Shown in pieces: positions 44,959-64,000 of a DNA stretch of 64,000 nucleotides (within the stretch, counting starts at the first letter, position 1; the number at the start of each line of letters is the position of its first letter). The DNA is from Amoebidium appalachense (taxonomy: Eukaryota > Protista > Ichthyosporea). The stretch spans positions 3,623,957 to 3,687,956 of the forward strand of contig CAVNZM010000016.1 of assembly GCA_963693365.1 (NCBI GenBank), in the 5' to 3' direction. The notes beneath the pieces were generated by a model. It worked only from the letters and a program-made list of their open reading frames with translations, did no database searches and was not told the origin of the DNA. The translations under genes and the position numbers were made by a program.

Positions 44959-46201
44959 CAACCCGTTCGAGTCTCAGGTTCACGCCGAGGTGGACAAGTT
45001 CGCTCGCGACCTCTCTGCGCACCTCTCCCCCCGCACGTCGGCCTACCACGAGATCTGGCTCGACCAGAAGCCGGTGGGTTCCTCTGAGGACGTCGAGCCC
45101 CTTTACGGGCCCACCTACCTTCCCCGCAAGTTCAAGATTGCCATTTGCATCCCGCCAAACAACGACGTCGACGTGTTTGCGCACTGCCTTGGGTACATCG
45201 CCATCGTGGAGAACGGAAAGCTTGTCGGTTACAATGTCACGGTGGGCGGCGGCATGGGGATGACGCACAACAACAAGAAGACGTACCCTTGCCTGGCGCA
45301 GGTGTTGGGCTTCTGCACGCCCGAACAGGCGATTGACGTTGGCGAGAAGGTGATGCTCGTTCAGCGCGATTACGGCGACCGCACGAACCGCAAGCACGCC
45401 CGTCTGAAGTACACCGTCGACGACCGCGGTATCGAGTGGTATCGCAACGAGGTGGAGACGAGGTGCGGTTATAAGCTCCAGGCTCCCCGCGAGTACAAGC
45501 TCACCAACAACAGCGACAGGTACGGGTGGACTCAGGGCGAGGGTGGAAACTGGCACTATTGCCTCTACGTCACGAACGGGCGCGTTCTCGACACACCCGA
45601 CCTTCAGCTCAAGACGGGCCTCCGCGAGATTGCAAAGGTTCACACGGGTGATTTCCGCCTTACCGCCAACCAGAACGTGATTATTGGAAACATCACCCCC
45701 GAGCAGAAGCCCGTGATTGAGAATCTCCTCCGCCAGTACAATCTCGGAAACGATCGGTTTTCCGGCATGCGCTTGAACTCGATGGCGTGCGTCGCCCTCC
45801 CCACGTGCAGTCTTGCCTTTGCCGAATCCGAGCGCTACCTTCCGGCCCTCGTCACCAAGATTGAGGCTACCCTTGAAGAGGCCGGCCTTCGCGATGACGC
45901 CATTACAATCCGTATGACGGGTTGCCCTAACGGTTGCGCCCGCCCTTACGTCGCCGAGATTGCAATGGTCGGTCGTGCCTCCGGTGTGTACAACTTGTAC
46001 CTCGGCGCAGGCCACGCAGGTGAGCGGTTGAACAAGATTTACAGGGAGGCGGTGAACGAGGAGCAGATTTTGAACGAGCTCCGACCGGTGATTTTCCGCT
46101 ATGCAAAGGAGAGGCTCGAGGGGGAGAAGTTCGGCGACTTTGTGATCCGCGCCGGAATCATCAAGGCGACAAGGCAGGGCAAGGATTTCCATGAGGTGTA
46201 A
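38986..46201 (+). CDS. MET5: Assimilatory sulfite reductase (NADPH) beta subunit, fungal MET5/ECM17/Sir1 type (PFOR-like, flavodoxin and siroheme/4Fe-4S domains), 7 exons
   Basis: In-phase exons 38986-39574, 39973-40427, 41172-41903, 42463-42630, 43046-43498, 43775-43996 and 44476-46201. Motifs [39 protein letters not shown], flavodoxin [10 protein letters not shown] and [48 protein letters not shown] and TGCPNGC. One extra C in CCCCC at 44742-44746 shifts the frame. Confidence 0.95.
40801..41049 (+). repeat. Dispersed structured intronic element, full-length copy B (sulfite reductase intron 2)
   Basis: Aligns with 12349-12608 and lies between poly-C tracts. Confidence 0.9.
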
Positions 46202-46575
46202 TGGGGAAATTTTTGGCGGTGGTGGGGTATGTGAGTGATAGTTTTTTTTTTTGGTAATGAGTGTGTGAGCATGGTACAGGTGACCAGCCAGAATTTCAGA
46301 ATTTTTCCAGATTTATGGTGTCTTCTTCCTAATTCCCAATAACGATTTTACCTAAATACAGGCAGGGATCATATAATCAATAGTGTTTTTTTTTGTGCAG
46401 ATATGTAGTGTGCATGTGAGTGCACGTGTACACGGTGAGAGAGACAGATAGCTAGAGTTTTGGTATTTATGAGGCAAGCAGCACTGGATGACTGCTTTCC
46501 TGCACCTTTTGAAATGAAATGAAATGAATTGTTGATTCATACTTTTGCTGGCATCGGTGTTTCAAGTGGAGAACA

Positions 46576-46608
<33 letters not shown>

Positions 46609-47451
46609 ATTCCCCAGCGCTTCGGCCAACTACAAAAGGTCACATGCATATCGCATGCTCACAAATCTTGTTTGCACAAAATGTTTTCATGGGTGCATGG
46701 GCATGTGGTTCACTTCATGCTTGAATACACGTGTACGTATTCATGGTGGGGTGTGTGTGTGTGTGTGTGTGCGTGTACATGTACACATGTGTGCCCCAGT
46801 GTGTCTGTGTGCATGTATGTGCACGGGTGCTTGTTCATATACCATGTACACAGGGAGGGAATTCATACCTAGCCACTTTTTTCAGTCCCTTCCGGGATCC
46901 ACCTCGACATTTTGTATTTTGCCGCAGTGCCGCTGGCACTATGGCCAAAATATTTTGATATTTCTATTACTTTAAATTTCTCTGCTTCCCAAACTTGGAA
47001 ACCTACTTCTAATTCATGATACGCGGTAAGTAATACAAGTACACCTCGATACATATATATCTACTTGTCTAATGTCATTGATCTCTGGAATACATAGCAT
47101 AAGCTCTGCGGGTAATTCCTTACAAAGTTGATACATTTTACTAAACAACACTCGTAAGGGTGTGAGATGTTTGCAAGTTTGTAGACGGAAACCTACGTAT
47201 ATAGATAGTATCCAAGCAAGCTGTAATGCTTGTTATTATATAGAAAATTTTTTTTATATAGAGTACGTCATCAGTCTATTGCATACGTATACTCGTATAT
47301 TTTTGGCGGGTAAGGTTGATCGAGTGTCTCCCTTTTCATAGCACACACAACATAGCAGCAAGTAAGAGAAAGACTGCACAATATGGGCACACGAGTGATG
47401 ACCGTGCCTAGGCATGGTGGTGGTGGTAGTGTGTGTGTGTCTTTGTTTGTT

Positions 47452-47507
<56 letters not shown>

Positions 47508-47689
47508 ACGCGCGCGCGTGTGGGTATATATCCATTTTTGTGTGTGTGTGGTTCTATATGAAAACGGGGGAGGGGGGAGGGGGGGGGGGGGGGGGGAGTT
47601 CTATATGAAATGAGCACTTCCCCAAACACAACACTAATAGCACACACTACTGCCCTACCACTTGCATCATACCCTTCATATTCCATCCA

Positions 47690-63320
<15,631 letters not shown>

Positions 63321-63653
63321 CTGTGTGACACATCCACAACCCGTCAGCATATTCACAGCATGTTTTCTTTGTGACGAAAAACAAAAAAAAGAAAAGAAAA
63401 AGAAAAACAAAAAAGCGTTCATGTTGATTCTTTTGTGTGTGTGAGCACGCAGGTGTATTCTTTCATATACCGACACATGCATGCAATGAAAACCATCCCC
63501 GAGTAACTTTCTTGCGCCTTTTGTTCCTCAGGTCAATTCCTTTTCTCTTCCACCACAGAATATAAATATAAATATATATATATATATATGCAAACATAAT
63601 CATTGCATGTACCGTTACAGAGTGTACTGCACACAAAACCCTCCCCTCCCCTC

Positions 63654-63691
<38 letters not shown>

Positions 63692-63905
63692 AAAAAAACC
63701 CCTCTCCCCGCCCCCTTGACTGTGACTTCATCAAGCACTCAATTTTCTCAACGTCATGTCCAGAAACAGAACTCACCACATATACCCAGAATGCGAACAT
63801 ACCGTTACCTATGTTGAGTGGGTAAGAGGCAAACAGAACGTCAAAACCAGTAAAAAAAGAAGAACTTCGGGAAAACCAAAAATACCAAAAACATCCAGAA
63901 AAAAG

Positions 63906-63940
<35 letters not shown>

Positions 63941-64000
63941 AAAAAAAAAAAAATAAAAAGGAAAGAAAAAAAGAAAAAGAAAGAAATGAGAAGAAAAAGA

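Noticed and set aside
44723-46192. 489-aa ORF antisense to the sulfite reductase
   Set aside because: Shadow ORF caused by strong GC3 codon bias on the coding strand; no recognisable motifs.
63716-63808. Possible further upstream decarboxylase exon (FWVYVVSSVSGHDVEKI)
   Set aside because: It looks coding, but I found no donor in the phase needed to join the 63320 exon, so it is left out of the model.

Overview
Eukaryotic nuclear DNA with intron-rich genes whose introns are filled with poly-C/poly-G, (CA)n/(GT)n and (CT)n tracts, so most long ORFs in the supplied track are repeat artefacts. By manual splicing I reconstruct, left to right: a promethin/LDAF1-like membrane protein (+), a frameshifted F-box/LRR-like gene (-), COQ10 (+), a single-ORF mucin-stalk type I membrane protein with a tail rich in SH2/SH3-ligand motifs (-), an intact two-ORF APE-RT non-LTR retrotransposon (+) with a 5'-truncated inverted copy, mitoribosomal mL59/MRPL25 (+), a KCTD-type BTB protein (-), a hAT-like MITE, a fungal MET5-type sulfite reductase (+) and a bacterial-type Orn/Lys/Arg decarboxylase of at least 15 exons (-) whose 5' end is unresolved. 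Gene content suggests a non-animal opisthokont, possibly a unicellular holozoan (inference only). The most unusual signals are: (1) a ~250-nt structured non-coding element with compensatory base changes, about 14 copies or fragments, all intronic, all co-oriented with the host gene and mostly ending in a C-run; (2) repeated duplication of exon edges together with their splice sites, including a ~26-unit array of one exon end plus its donor; (3) a LINE whose TSD-defined 3' end is a C-run, not poly(A); (4) introns that open with (GT)n and close with (CA)n. Coordinates were read by eye and may be off by a few bases; homopolymer lengths may be unreliable.
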